Shown: piece by piece, positions 46,890 through 56,040 of the stretch | Numbering within the stretch: the stretch's first letter is position 1 | Layout: each line of letters opens with the position of its first letter | Virus record (IMG/VR): IMGVR_UViG_3300035703_000096 | Coordinates: 1 to 61,696 of that record | DNA: 61,696 nucleotides | Strand: one strand, 5' to 3' | Source of the DNA: a virus | Taxonomy: Duplodnaviria; Caudoviricetes | Program-made: the position numbers and the translations under genes | The notes under the pieces: model-generated | Database searches by the model: none | What the model saw: the letters and a program-made list of their open reading frames with translations, nothing else | Told to the model about the DNA's origin: nothing

Positions 46890-47176
46890 TCTTCAGTAAA
46901 TAATTTAAGTTGGTTCTCATCTATCTTGTCCTGTAATTCATGCACGTCAGGAGCATGCTCTCTACCTTTGGCTCTCGCTATATCTCGGTGGGCCTCGAGT
47001 ATTATCTTCTTCATGTAGATCGCATGGTCTAATGACTCCTCATATGCGTGCTGCATCCACTGAAGTGTATCAAGCTTAGCCTTATCTACACTGACACCAT
47101 ACTTCTCAATGCCCATCTTCTCTCTTGCTCTAAGGTCAAACATGACCTGAGCATAAACTTGTTTTGGTCTACCCAT
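46886..47176 (-). CDS. Hypothetical protein (G..KYG...W..HA.EE.LD..IY, all-alpha NTP-PPase-like)
   Basis: Motif pattern common in phages. Confidence 0.65.
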   Translation of the reverse strand: MGRPKQVYAQVMFDLRAREKMGIEKYGVSVDKAKLDTLQWMQHAYEESLDHAIYMKKIILEAHRDIARAKGREHAPDVHELQDKIDENQLKLFTEE

Positions 47177-47187
47177 TTTCTAATTGT

Positions 47188-47853
47188 TTATTGATTTAAG
47201 TATTTCCCCACAAGTTCTACTTGACCTTGCGAGTTGGTTGTTGTTTTAAGTTCATAGTATTCATACCCTGCCTTTCCTTCTTTATGCTCTTGAATTGTAC
47301 CTGATTTTACTCTATACACATTTTCAAACTCAAAATGAGTAGGTCTTGATAATTGTTGTAGAGATTGGATAAAGGTTTGTTGAATTTGTTGTAATTTATC
47401 TTCGCTCATTTGTCCAAAGTGTCTTTGATTCCAACCATATTCAAAGGCTTGAATTATATCAAATTCTGTGTACTTGTACTTCTCCTTTGCTTTATTGTAG
47501 CCTTTAATAAATGCTTTTCTTTTTTTGAAACAATGAACATCTCTATTGTAATGCCAATCTGTTTTATCTTTTGGATTATGCGGAAACTCCCGATATTCTC
47601 TTTCTGATAACTCTTTAACATCATCTTGTTGACCCCAACTAAATGATGGAAGCAATGGCACTCCTTCAAGGATAGGTGCATCAGATAGTGGTAGGTGTGC
47701 TATGATTTTTTTTGCACCTTTAGGAAATAAGTAATGGTCATTGTTGATGCAGAATTGCTCATCAATATAATAGGCATAATAATCATTATCTACCATTTTA
47801 TCATCACTTAGGATAAGAGCATAGTCTTCTGTGTAAACTACTTCTTTTTTCAT
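47188..47853 (-). CDS. Hypothetical protein (AT-rich accessory block)
   Basis: 221-aa ORF. Confidence 0.75.
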   Translation of the reverse strand: MKKEVVYTEDYALILSDDKMVDNDYYAYYIDEQFCINNDHYLFPKGAKKIIAHLPLSDAPILEGVPLLPSFSWGQQDDVKELSEREYREFPHNPKDKTDWHYNRDVHCFKKRKAFIKGYNKAKEKYKYTEFDIIQAFEYGWNQRHFGQMSEDKLQQIQQTFIQSLQQLSRPTHFEFENVYRVKSGTIQEHKEGKAGYEYYELKTTTNSQGQVELVGKYLNQ

Positions 47854-47889
47854 AATTACTTTTCTTGTTCGTTATACCAATTTTTTATT

Positions 47890-48114
47890 TTAATTCCACT
47901 TAAATGGGTTAGTAGTATCTACCTCTTTCCAAAATCCAATTATACCAAACGCCACCATACCAACAAGTAGAACCACTAATAAAGTTAAATATGACAAAGG
48001 GTTGTATGGATTCAATCTTTTAGCATCATTGAACCCCCTACCTAATTTTATAATTCTGTTTTTGTTAGATACGATTTGTATTACTTTTAAATGAAAAAGA
48101 ATTTTTTTAATCAT
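47890..48114 (-). CDS. Small membrane protein
   Basis: One TM segment. Confidence 0.65.
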   Translation of the reverse strand: MIKKILFHLKVIQIVSNKNRIIKLGRGFNDAKRLNPYNPLSYLTLLVVLLVGMVAFGIIGFWKEVDTTNPFKWN

Positions 48115-48119
48115 TATTA

Positions 48120-48428
48120 TTATTTTGAGTTTTGTTCGTTATACCAATTTAAGAACTCCCATAATGCTTGTACTACTGCTTCTTTATCAACTCTACCAAC
48201 TCGTTGAATTAAATCATGCTTTCTTGAATCAGATGGGTTAATTACAGAATAAATTTTCTCAACCACTTCCATAATCCAATTCCAATCTAAATGGAATACG
48301 AGTTCTTTTAAAAACCAATCAATGTCACGGAACTCATAACTTGGTTCAGTCCATGTTTCTGTATCTAATTTTAAATTTAAGAATTCAGCACACATCTTGT
48401 TGTACTCTTCTTTGTTAAATCCTTTCAT
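48120..48428 (-). CDS. Hypothetical protein (FH.DWNWIMEVVEKI)
   Basis: ORF in accessory block. Confidence 0.7.
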   Translation of the reverse strand: MKGFNKEEYNKMCAEFLNLKLDTETWTEPSYEFRDIDWFLKELVFHLDWNWIMEVVEKIYSVINPSDSRKHDLIQRVGRVDKEAVVQALWEFLNWYNEQNSK

Positions 48429-48808
48429 ACCAAATCATTTAAGTTAATTGTTTTGAGATAACCTTTCACGCAAATGCCTATTGATTTAGCGGCTTCTTTG
48501 GTAATAAAAGTAGCTGATGTGCTTATTAAACCATCATCCGTTCTATATAGATACACCCACGATCCTTCTCCTTCTTGATCATGCTGGAGTTGAAGATCAT
48601 ATCCACTATTCACTTCTCTATAGTGCAAACCATTCAAGTGCCACTTATTTGTTCTATTCTCCAATACGCCAACTAAAGATTCATTCTTTACATTTTCAAA
48701 CTTGGTAAGCTGAGTAATCTCATAACCATCTCGTGTTACAACCTTGTACTTGTCTCGGTTGTTTTTGTACTTTTCCCAATCAAATGGGATTGTTTTTGTC
48801 TGTTTCAT
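48425..48808 (-). CDS. Hypothetical protein
   Basis: PFD....KVVTRDG ORF. Confidence 0.7.
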   Translation of the reverse strand: MKQTKTIPFDWEKYKNNRDKYKVVTRDGYEITQLTKFENVKNESLVGVLENRTNKWHLNGLHYREVNSGYDLQLQHDQEGEGSWVYLYRTDDGLISTSATFITKEAAKSIGICVKGYLKTINLNDLV

Positions 48809-48810
48809 AG

Positions 48811-49203
48811 TTATTTAGTTTTAACAATTTCTATTAGCTTTTTCAAGCATGCTAACTCTGCTTCTTCGTAGGTATAAAATCCTTCTTTAAAATATCTTGT
48901 TTCTTCAACTCCAAAATCATTATTTATACAATAATAATAATAAATACCTCCATCATCTCTCCCTTGATATCTACATATACATGAATCAGATAATTTCTTA
49001 TCTCTAAACCATCTAAATGCTTGTTGATATAGTGGTGCAGAAACAATTTTATTATTGATTTTCCAAAATGAATTTGTGTTTTGAGATACTATGTTAGTAT
49101 AAGTTAAACTTTTATCTTCATGATAATATCCAAAACAAGGTTCATCGAATCCAAGTTGCTTTAACTCTAAAGCTTCGGTATAAGGTACAAATTCTTTTTC
49201 CAT
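48811..49203 (-). CDS. Hypothetical protein (EFVPY..ALELK.LGFDEPC...APLYQQAFRWFR)
   Basis: Motif pattern I recall from Bacteroidota phages. Confidence 0.75.
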   Translation of the reverse strand: MEKEFVPYTEALELKQLGFDEPCFGYYHEDKSLTYTNIVSQNTNSFWKINNKIVSAPLYQQAFRWFRDKKLSDSCICRYQGRDDGGIYYYYCINNDFGVEETRYFKEGFYTYEEAELACLKKLIEIVKTK

Positions 49204-49210
49204 AGTTATT

Positions 49211-49444
49211 TTAAAGTTTTTCTATTTCTTGTTTTACTTGTTCCCAATATGTAAACTGATTTTCTGCTGCTGTCAAATCAAATATAACTATTGAATTTAT
49301 TATCTCATCCACCGCTATCAATGCACATTGTTTTAAATCTTGATGCTTTTTGAAAGGTGCTTTGAATAATGAATCGTACTTACAATACAATTCTTCTGCT
49401 TTTTCTTTTGGTGTCATTTCATTACTTGTTTTAATACTTCCCAT
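49211..49444 (-). CDS. Hypothetical protein (TPKEKA.EL...CALIAVDEI)
   Basis: Motif pattern I recall from Bacteroidota phages. Confidence 0.7.
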   Translation of the reverse strand: MGSIKTSNEMTPKEKAEELYCKYDSLFKAPFKKHQDLKQCALIAVDEIINSIVIFDLTAAENQFTYWEQVKQEIEKL

Positions 49445-49450
49445 TTGCTT

Positions 49451-50968
49451 TTAAATTTTATTATCTAATAGTTTTTTAAAGTGATTAATTGTGTAATCTT
49501 TTTTCTTAGTAACTGTCTTATAAATATCTGATTCAATACCATCTTTCGCAAAGATCCAATACACATTGTTCTCAAGTCTGTCCTTGGTAGTCATCCTATC
49601 CTTGGCTTGCCAATAACTTGTAGCACTGAAGTCAATGTTATAGAACACCAAGTACTCAGCGTTTCGTAAACTTATACCCTCACGCCCTGATACAATTTGT
49701 AAAGCTATACTTTTATCAGTGTCATCGAAGACACTCAGTTCTGTTGTGATGTCATCACCGAAGACCTGCTTGATTGCTGATAGCTCCTCTTTAAACTTAT
49801 AGAAGATACCGATCTTGCATCCGGCAAAGTGTTCTTTAATGAACTCAGCCTTGCTTGTGTCAATCACCATTGAGTTACCACTCTCGAACTTGATTGTACC
49901 GGAACAGAGTTGATGGACCTTCATCATTAGTTTCACCGGTGTGTCTGCTAAGATAACCTCTTCCTTTCCCTCAATAACCAAATCCTTTTTAAGTTTTTCA
50001 ATCAGCTTGTAAGTAGATGGTTTCATCTTCACCTCAATCACCTCCTCTGTAGTAACAGCATTAAATCCTGCTGCCTGCTGAGTGTAGCTGATGGTGTATG
50101 GTTCCATTATACTCAATATGATATCATGACCTCTTGAGTAATCGTTGATCAACATACCATTTACTTTTTTCTGCTTTACATCAACATACCCTGCGGCAAA
50201 TTTGTAGAAATTTGTACAATGATAAAATGGATTTCTTGGTATACCATACACTTGGTGGTATACTTGAGAATAACTCTCCGGCGTTGGCGTTCCCGAAAGT
50301 AAGATAACCTTAGGCTTATACTTTTGGATTACTTCTTTCACTAACTGAGCTCTTGAGCTTGGCTTTGGAAACGCGCCCATACTATGGGCCTCATCGCAAA
50401 TAATCACATCCCATTTCTTATGATCCATCACGTGATGTAAACTCTCGTAGTTCACAACAGTTAGCTCAAAGAAAGGTGACATCATCTTGTAGTCATCTTC
50501 AATTGAACTCATTGCTTTCTTCTTGGTTATGAACAACACGTTGTTAATATCTAAACGAGCACAGATGCCAAGGCTTGTAAGCGTCTTACCGGTGCGAACC
50601 TCCATGGCAAGATAAAGGAATCCATGATCTTTCAGAATCTTGTAACCATCGTTTATGATTCTTGTCTGATAGTCACGGAACTGAACACCTCCACTGACTG
50701 ATACTTCTTTGACTTGTTTCATTTCTTCTGTGTTTGGATTAGAGTAATACTCATAGCTTCTGAGGATCCTGTCGATCACTTCCTTGTCAGTCTTGAACTT
50801 AGGAACCTTAACTTCAACAACCTTCTTACCTACCTTCTCTTTCTTTATGACAGTGGCAAGGACAACATCTCTGATTAAGGAGATGCTGTCTGCCATCATC
50901 TTGTTAGAGTAAAAGGGAGTTCTCGGTATGATATCTAACGCTTGATTTTCCTGTTGCATGAACTGCAT
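49451..50968 (-). CDS. SF2 (SNF2-like) helicase
   Basis: FRDYQ, MEVRTGKT, DEAH, LSGTP, GREGISL, QAKDR; start codon uncertain. Confidence 0.88.
   Translation of the reverse strand: MQFMQQENQALDIIPRTPFYSNKMMADSISLIRDVVLATVIKKEKVGKKVVEVKVPKFKTDKEVIDRILRSYEYYSNPNTEEMKQVKEVSVSGGVQFRDYQTRIINDGYKILKDHGFLYLAMEVRTGKTLTSLGICARLDINNVLFITKKKAMSSIEDDYKMMSPFFELTVVNYESLHHVMDHKKWDVIICDEAHSMGAFPKPSSRAQLVKEVIQKYKPKVILLSGTPTPESYSQVYHQVYGIPRNPFYHCTNFYKFAAGYVDVKQKKVNGMLINDYSRGHDIILSIMEPYTISYTQQAAGFNAVTTEEVIEVKMKPSTYKLIEKLKKDLVIEGKEEVILADTPVKLMMKVHQLCSGTIKFESGNSMVIDTSKAEFIKEHFAGCKIGIFYKFKEELSAIKQVFGDDITTELSVFDDTDKSIALQIVSGREGISLRNAEYLVFYNIDFSATSYWQAKDRMTTKDRLENNVYWIFAKDGIESDIYKTVTKKKDYTINHFKKLLDNKI
49719..49734. 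repeat. Palindrome variant GTGTCATCGAAGACAC (1 mismatch)
   Basis: Inside the helicase gene. Confidence 0.8.
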
Positions 50969-51270
50969 TTTGTTTTAGGTTCATATACTTTCACATCAGG
51001 ATACGGACACTCACATGCTTTCTCCTTATGTCTACCCGCCTTGTCAAATGTCCGGTCAATGAATGATGATAGCGTAGCGCACTTGTCGAACATCTCTATC
51101 TGCTCAAAGTATTTCAGGATAAACATTAGGTTGTCATACTGAAACTCATCGTCAAAGTCATGAGAGAATAACGGTACGTTTGAATCTAAGATGTCATCAA
51201 CCGTTGCGTTACCTACGATAACATTGAATGAGTTCACCATTGCAATGTGAATTTTTTGTTGCTCTGTCAT
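50935..51270 (-). CDS. Hypothetical protein
   Basis: MTEQQKIH...; C-terminal Cys pairs. Confidence 0.7.
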   Translation of the reverse strand: MTEQQKIHIAMVNSFNVIVGNATVDDILDSNVPLFSHDFDDEFQYDNLMFILKYFEQIEMFDKCATLSSFIDRTFDKAGRHKEKACECPYPDVKVYEPKTKCSSCNRKIKR

Positions 51271-53681
51271 ATTTTTAAAGTTGTTTGTAAATCTACTGAA
51301 GGTTTCTTCCTGATGATAATCCATCTACCCATCTGATCTCTCCCCTCCTCAGGCATGATACCTTCCTTGAACAAAGCGTAAGACACAAGCCACTTGTAGA
51401 ATCTTGTTCTGCTAATGGTCATCTTAGACTTTGGTCCATAGTCAGGGTACTCATCAATGAATGCGTAGTACAACTCATTCTTGTAAAGCCTCATGCCGCT
51501 CTCAAGATTAGCACTGCTGTCCTGTCCATGCACAAGACCACACCATTCAATGAACTCATGGCATGTCTCCGCAGACAGCTGACGAATCTTAAGGTTGACA
51601 AACTTAGACTTGACAAGACCGGTGCTCAAGTAATTCTTCAAGCAGCCAATCATGTAGTTGTCAAACTCACACCAATCGTCATCGTTCCAATCACCGAACA
51701 TCAACTTACCAAACTCATCAAGCGGAGTGAATGCTTTGTTGTAGTACTGATGCAGCTCAAGCTCCCACTTTCTCCGGGCGAATGAATTACCCGCACCCTT
51801 GATAGCATAGTTGGTGGTGATGGCAATCTTGGGTGACTTGCTGAATGGTATCTTGATGGCATCCTTGTTCTTCTTCTCAAGCGTCAATCCCTCAGTAACC
51901 ACTGAGAACAACCGCTCAAAGTCAAAGTGTTTCTTCACGTCATCGAAGCATAGGATCTGCGTATCTGCAGAGACCAATTGGTAAGCGAAGCTACGCTCAA
52001 ATGTGAATGACTTACCATCAATCACCACAAGCTTCTTCATCTGACTGAGTGCACTCATCAGCAAGCCCTTACCTGTACCACCCTCAGGGTTGTCACTAAT
52101 CACCTCGTCATTCAAGATGACAGCAGGGCAGAACGATAAGTTCTTGTAGCCATGCATCAAGAACCCGATGGTGCTCTCCATTGATTGCACACGCTCATCC
52201 TCACCGCCATTGATGTTGTTGATGAACTTCTTGAAGTCACATCGCTTGGTTACTGAGCATGGAGTAAAGACTCGGTCAATGACATGGTCTTTCCAAACGT
52301 AACCACCAAGGTCAAGGTAGTCGATTGATGTCACTCCCTTTGTTGTAATCTTCACAGCGCAGTTCTTGTAGTACAGATAGGCTGAGTCCTTTGAGTCAGC
52401 AATGAAGTAGATATCAATCGTTGACAGCATAGACAGGAACTCTTCCTTGAAGAACCGGGTGTTGTCAGCAAAGTAATTGTAAACCGTCACGTCATCAAGC
52501 TCAAGCAGATGAGACAAGACAAAGTCTTTAATCTCTTTCTCTGATGTATGATCGATCAGGTTGTTGGTAACCTTGACAAACACATAGTTCTTACTACCCT
52601 CCGGACAATACTTGTAGAAGCCATTGTCCTCCAAGAATTGCTTGAAGAGGATGTGGATAATCTTCACGATACCCTTGTCATTCTTTGACCAAAAGATCTG
52701 CTTTGAATTCTCTTCCTCAACCTTGTTCAGCACGGACTCAATAACCTCCGGCTCCAAATTAGAGTCCTGTAATTGGGAGCGAACCTCCTTTTTTGGCACA
52801 CCCCTCCTGAGCTTAGCTCTGATTTGGTTTACTCTCTCCTCATCCTCATAGTACTTGGTTCCAAAGTTTGCGGTGTTGCTGTAAGCGGAGTTGATTGTGG
52901 TTGCTATCTCTTTCAGCGTGAATGAATCGTCAGAGTATTGCTTGAGGATATACTCAGCAAGACTTCTGTTCACGCCAAAGTCATTCATCGCCATGGCTAA
53001 GATGTAGCAGTTCTGATTACGCTGTCCCTCTACCATGGGATACTTCTTTGTCCACCACTTAACGAGTATCTCCACAATCTTATTCTCGTCAGTGATTGGT
53101 ATCGTTGGAGCATCTCTCACTTTACTGACCTCAGTGTACTGAATCTCTTCGATGGTGTCCCATACTGATGAGTTGTCATTAACGTACAATAGCGGGTCAT
53201 AGGACTCATAACAAACTCTCGACAGGTTCTTACTCGTCTTATCGAAATAAATCGAATTAAAGTGCTTCTCTAAGCTGTTGAAGTAGTTGATATGGTTCTC
53301 CGGATCAGCGGGTATCTTAACCAATACTTTGAGACCGTTGCCTGATGGGCTGATGAACACGCTGAAGACATACTTGCTCTTGGTAAAGTTCTCTTTGTCC
53401 TGAAGCAGTTCCTTCTGCTTGGTGTAGCCATCGAAGTCCAAGCATATCAGACCGCTGTGCTCAACCATGGATGCGTCAGCTCTCTTGTTGAATGAACCAC
53501 TGAAGCAGATAGCCGGAAGCTCTTTCTTAATCTCATTACGCTCAGTCTTTCTCTTCTCGTCCCTGATCCTACGAACAATGTCCTTGGATGCTCCGCTCTT
53601 GATCCTCTCAAGGATCTTATGCACAGGACGAAAGAACGGAGTGTCTGTGTCCCGGATGTTTTTAAAAATTGTGACGTTCAT
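51267..53681 (-). CDS. Primase-helicase (BT4734-like/VirE-N primase, PriCT, P-loop helicase)
   Basis: K.LPAICFSG, ICLDFD, FISPSGNGLK, GQRN, EGGTGKGL, CFDD. Confidence 0.85.
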   Translation of the reverse strand: MNVTIFKNIRDTDTPFFRPVHKILERIKSGASKDIVRRIRDEKRKTERNEIKKELPAICFSGSFNKRADASMVEHSGLICLDFDGYTKQKELLQDKENFTKSKYVFSVFISPSGNGLKVLVKIPADPENHINYFNSLEKHFNSIYFDKTSKNLSRVCYESYDPLLYVNDNSSVWDTIEEIQYTEVSKVRDAPTIPITDENKIVEILVKWWTKKYPMVEGQRNQNCYILAMAMNDFGVNRSLAEYILKQYSDDSFTLKEIATTINSAYSNTANFGTKYYEDEERVNQIRAKLRRGVPKKEVRSQLQDSNLEPEVIESVLNKVEEENSKQIFWSKNDKGIVKIIHILFKQFLEDNGFYKYCPEGSKNYVFVKVTNNLIDHTSEKEIKDFVLSHLLELDDVTVYNYFADNTRFFKEEFLSMLSTIDIYFIADSKDSAYLYYKNCAVKITTKGVTSIDYLDLGGYVWKDHVIDRVFTPCSVTKRCDFKKFINNINGGEDERVQSMESTIGFLMHGYKNLSFCPAVILNDEVISDNPEGGTGKGLLMSALSQMKKLVVIDGKSFTFERSFAYQLVSADTQILCFDDVKKHFDFERLFSVVTEGLTLEKKNKDAIKIPFSKSPKIAITTNYAIKGAGNSFARRKWELELHQYYNKAFTPLDEFGKLMFGDWNDDDWCEFDNYMIGCLKNYLSTGLVKSKFVNLKIRQLSAETCHEFIEWCGLVHGQDSSANLESGMRLYKNELYYAFIDEYPDYGPKSKMTISRTRFYKWLVSYALFKEGIMPEEGRDQMGRWIIIRKKPSVDLQTTLKI

Positions 53682-53852
53682 ATGTCGAATTTGTGATAGA
53701 TTTTTTTATCTTAATCCCTTGGTATATCTATACTATGTCTTTTATGTCGATTTTATTTCTTAAATTAAAATAATAAAAAAAAGAAAGAATAAAGATATAT
53801 ATATAGAGAGTAACAGGGAAATTGTTTGACATTTTTGGTACTGATTAGAGCC

Positions 53853-53879
53853 AAAAAAAGGGGGAGGATATCCCCCTTT
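53853..53879 (-). terminator. Intrinsic terminator after the SSB-like gene
   Basis: aaaaaaaggggg-aggatat-cccccttt. Confidence 0.7.
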
Positions 53880-53894
53880 CATTGGCCTATTCAT

Positions 53895-54167
53895 TTAGAA
53901 TGGTACATCGTCATCCTCTGCGGGAGCCGCTTTCGCAGGGGCAGATGGCTTGCTACCACCCTTTGGTTCAAAGGTGTCAAGCTCCATGTAGTAGTTACCA
54001 CTACGTGCTTGCTTAACATCAAGATTGATCCAACCATTCTTGGCGTTTTGTTTCATGAACGCAACTGCGTCTTCAACTTTAATACTCACTCGACCGACAA
54101 CAAAGTCAGGAGCGTTTTCGTTTCTCTTGAAAGAGAAACCATCAGCAAAGATTTTTTCTTCTGCCAT
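53895..54167 (-). CDS. Putative single-stranded DNA-binding protein
   Basis: Small beta protein with acidic DDDVPF tail. Confidence 0.65.
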   Translation of the reverse strand: MAEEKIFADGFSFKRNENAPDFVVGRVSIKVEDAVAFMKQNAKNGWINLDVKQARSGNYYMELDTFEPKGGSKPSAPAKAAPAEDDDVPF

Positions 54168-54265
54168 TTTGATTTGTTTTTTTTGCCCTAATCTATTTGT
54201 TAACCAAGCGTCGAATCCTTAGGGCTGAACGCTTCACTTGGTGTTGTGTCTTTGAAGACACAATG

Positions 54266-54529
54266 TTATTCTACAACCACCCAATCTTCTGCTAAGATGT
54301 CTGTTTGAGATGCTAACCAAGGTACTCTATCAAACTCGTTTTTAGTTTCACCGAATTGTTTTGTAGAACCATTAGGACATTCCATATAAATGTATGGCCT
54401 GTTCATTTTAGAATTTTCGTCAGGAGTTTGCAGTAACACATACATTCCTTTTCCATTCCAACCTTGTCTTGCTACTCTCTTACCTTGCTTCAAGGACTCA
54501 ATAGCTTGTCCGAAATTTAGATTGTTCAT
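54266..54529 (-). CDS. DUF2829 / Tad2-like (Thoeris anti-defence) protein
   Basis: LNFGQAIESLKQGKRVARQGWNGKGMY...PWLASQTDILAEDW. Confidence 0.85.
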   Translation of the reverse strand: MNNLNFGQAIESLKQGKRVARQGWNGKGMYVLLQTPDENSKMNRPYIYMECPNGSTKQFGETKNEFDRVPWLASQTDILAEDWVVVE

Positions 54530-54774
54530 TTCTTTAACCCCTTGGCAATGCCCTTTACCGCATACATCTGCGCAGTTTCTAACTCTGTCATTGCAATGCT
54601 GAAGCAACGCTTTGCCTCACCATCCTCTGTGCTTTGCAACTCGTTGTTGCAGTAGTCAATAGCATCAGCCATCATACGTTTGAATGTTCCAATCTTATCA
54701 TCCGAAGATGGATTGAAATTGATATGACATCTCGACTCCCCGAGTGTCATCTTTTGTTGTGGATTATTTTCCAT
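54526..54774 (-). CDS. Acb2/Tad1-like helical-hairpin protein
   Basis: FNPS...K...RCFSIAMTELETAQMYAVKG. Confidence 0.7.
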   Translation of the reverse strand: MENNPQQKMTLGESRCHINFNPSSDDKIGTFKRMMADAIDYCNNELQSTEDGEAKRCFSIAMTELETAQMYAVKGIAKGLKK

Positions 54775-54818
54775 TTGATTTGATTTAAATATTTGTAGTC
54801 AGGCTTCTTTAAACTTTT

Positions 54819-55157
54819 TCATAACTCAAGGTTCTCTACTATGTGCTGAACAAGCAACGCATGCATTTCTACTGAATCAACCTCTTTGTACTCAAGAATG
54901 TCATACGCAGCTCCTACTATAACTCCCATAATTTGTGCTAATGGCGCACCATAATTAATCACAAGAAGGTTTTTTACTCCTTCATCAGTGTGCCATTGCC
55001 TGAACCCTACCGTCAAGTTTGATAACTCATTAGCTTCTTTAGGGACTTTACTGCTTTGAATAAAATGTTTAATATCCTCTGCTATTAGTTCAGCAGATTC
55101 ATTTTTGATAACTCTCAAGTCTTGCTGTAAGAGTTCTAATGTAATTGTTTTTTTCAT
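54819..55157 (-). CDS. Hypothetical protein
   Basis: 112-aa ORF. Confidence 0.7.
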   Translation of the reverse strand: MKKTITLELLQQDLRVIKNESAELIAEDIKHFIQSSKVPKEANELSNLTVGFRQWHTDEGVKNLLVINYGAPLAQIMGVIVGAAYDILEYKEVDSVEMHALLVQHIVENLEL

Positions 55158-55180
55158 ATGATTTGATTTAAAAGTTTGCA

Positions 55181-55710
55181 GTCAGGACAGGATTATTTTT
55201 TTAACCCTTGTCTATATCTTTTAACCATCATATTATTGATAGCTTTACATTCATCACATCTACACCCTCTCAAATAAGCACCTCTGCTTGGATGTTTTTT
55301 AAGTTTTTCAATATCAATTCCTCCCAAAAGTTTTATTCTTTCTTTATTAAAGGCATCTTTCCAATTATCTTTAGGAGTTCCTAAAAACAAATGGTTAGGA
55401 TTAACACATTTTCTATTATCACAAGTGTGACATACGTGCATTCCTTTGGGTATTGTTCCGTTGTGAAGTTCATAAGAAATTCTATGTGCATCTACAACTT
55501 TACCATTTAATTTAAAAGCACCATATCCTGTTTTACCTCTTAATCCTGCTGTCCATATCCAACAAGTTTCAGTCTTATCTACTTTGTCAAAAAATCTTTC
55601 CATACAATTATGTTTTGTAGTCACAAATGTACGAACCTTTTATTTAAAAAGCAAGAGATAAAGAGAATATTTCTATTCTCTCTACCTACTTACTCCGTCA
55701 GGACAGGATT
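55181..55710. mobile_element. HNH cassette bounded by 14-bp direct repeats (GTCAGGACAGGATT) matching the tRNA-like 3' end
   Basis: Repeats at 55181-55194 and 55697-55710. Confidence 0.6.
55193..55603 (-). CDS. HNH endonuclease
   Basis: [41 protein letters not shown]; own promoter TACATTTG at 55631-55624. Confidence 0.92.
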   Translation of the reverse strand: MERFFDKVDKTETCWIWTAGLRGKTGYGAFKLNGKVVDAHRISYELHNGTIPKGMHVCHTCDNRKCVNPNHLFLGTPKDNWKDAFNKERIKLLGGIDIEKLKKHPSRGAYLRGCRCDECKAINNMMVKRYRQGLKK

Positions 55711-55892
55711 CAAACCTGTATGTTCAATGTGGCAGACTATCCTACCTGCGACCTGTACACTGAATTAAACAGTGACACATTGAACTCACTTAGCGTCTAC
55801 CAAAATTACTCATTGACCCCGTAATGGATTCGAACCACATTTAGTAATTTCCCACTTGAACGGGGTTGAAGTAATTATTCCGCCACCTGACT
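55697..55892 (-). ncRNA. tRNA(Leu)-like RNA with insertions and no canonical anticodon arm
   Basis: AGTCAGGTGGCGGAAT..TGGTAGACGC 5'/D-arm; ACAGGTTTGAATCCTGTCCTGAC T-arm/acceptor. Confidence 0.65.
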
Positions 55893-55894
55893 AT

Positions 55895-56035
55895 GTTGTG
55901 GCTATCTCGTCAGCCACCAACGCCCCTGCTTGAATTATAGGCATATGTTAACGTCCGTGTTGCTTAACCTAAGTCATTCAAGCTGTGTCTAAACCAACCC
56001 TGAGGCAAGGGTACAAGGGTAAATATAAGCAACAC
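55895..56035 (-). ncRNA. Structured intergenic RNA (candidate pseudoknot)
   Basis: GTGTTGCTTA/TAAGCAACAC and GCTTGAAT/ATTCAAGC interleaved stems plus two hairpins. Confidence 0.5.
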
Positions 56036-56040
56036 TACAA

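Noticed and set aside
55697-55892. Canonical tRNA-Leu gene
   Set aside because: No anticodon stem-loop, a large D-loop insertion and a non-canonical T-loop; reported as tRNA-like RNA instead
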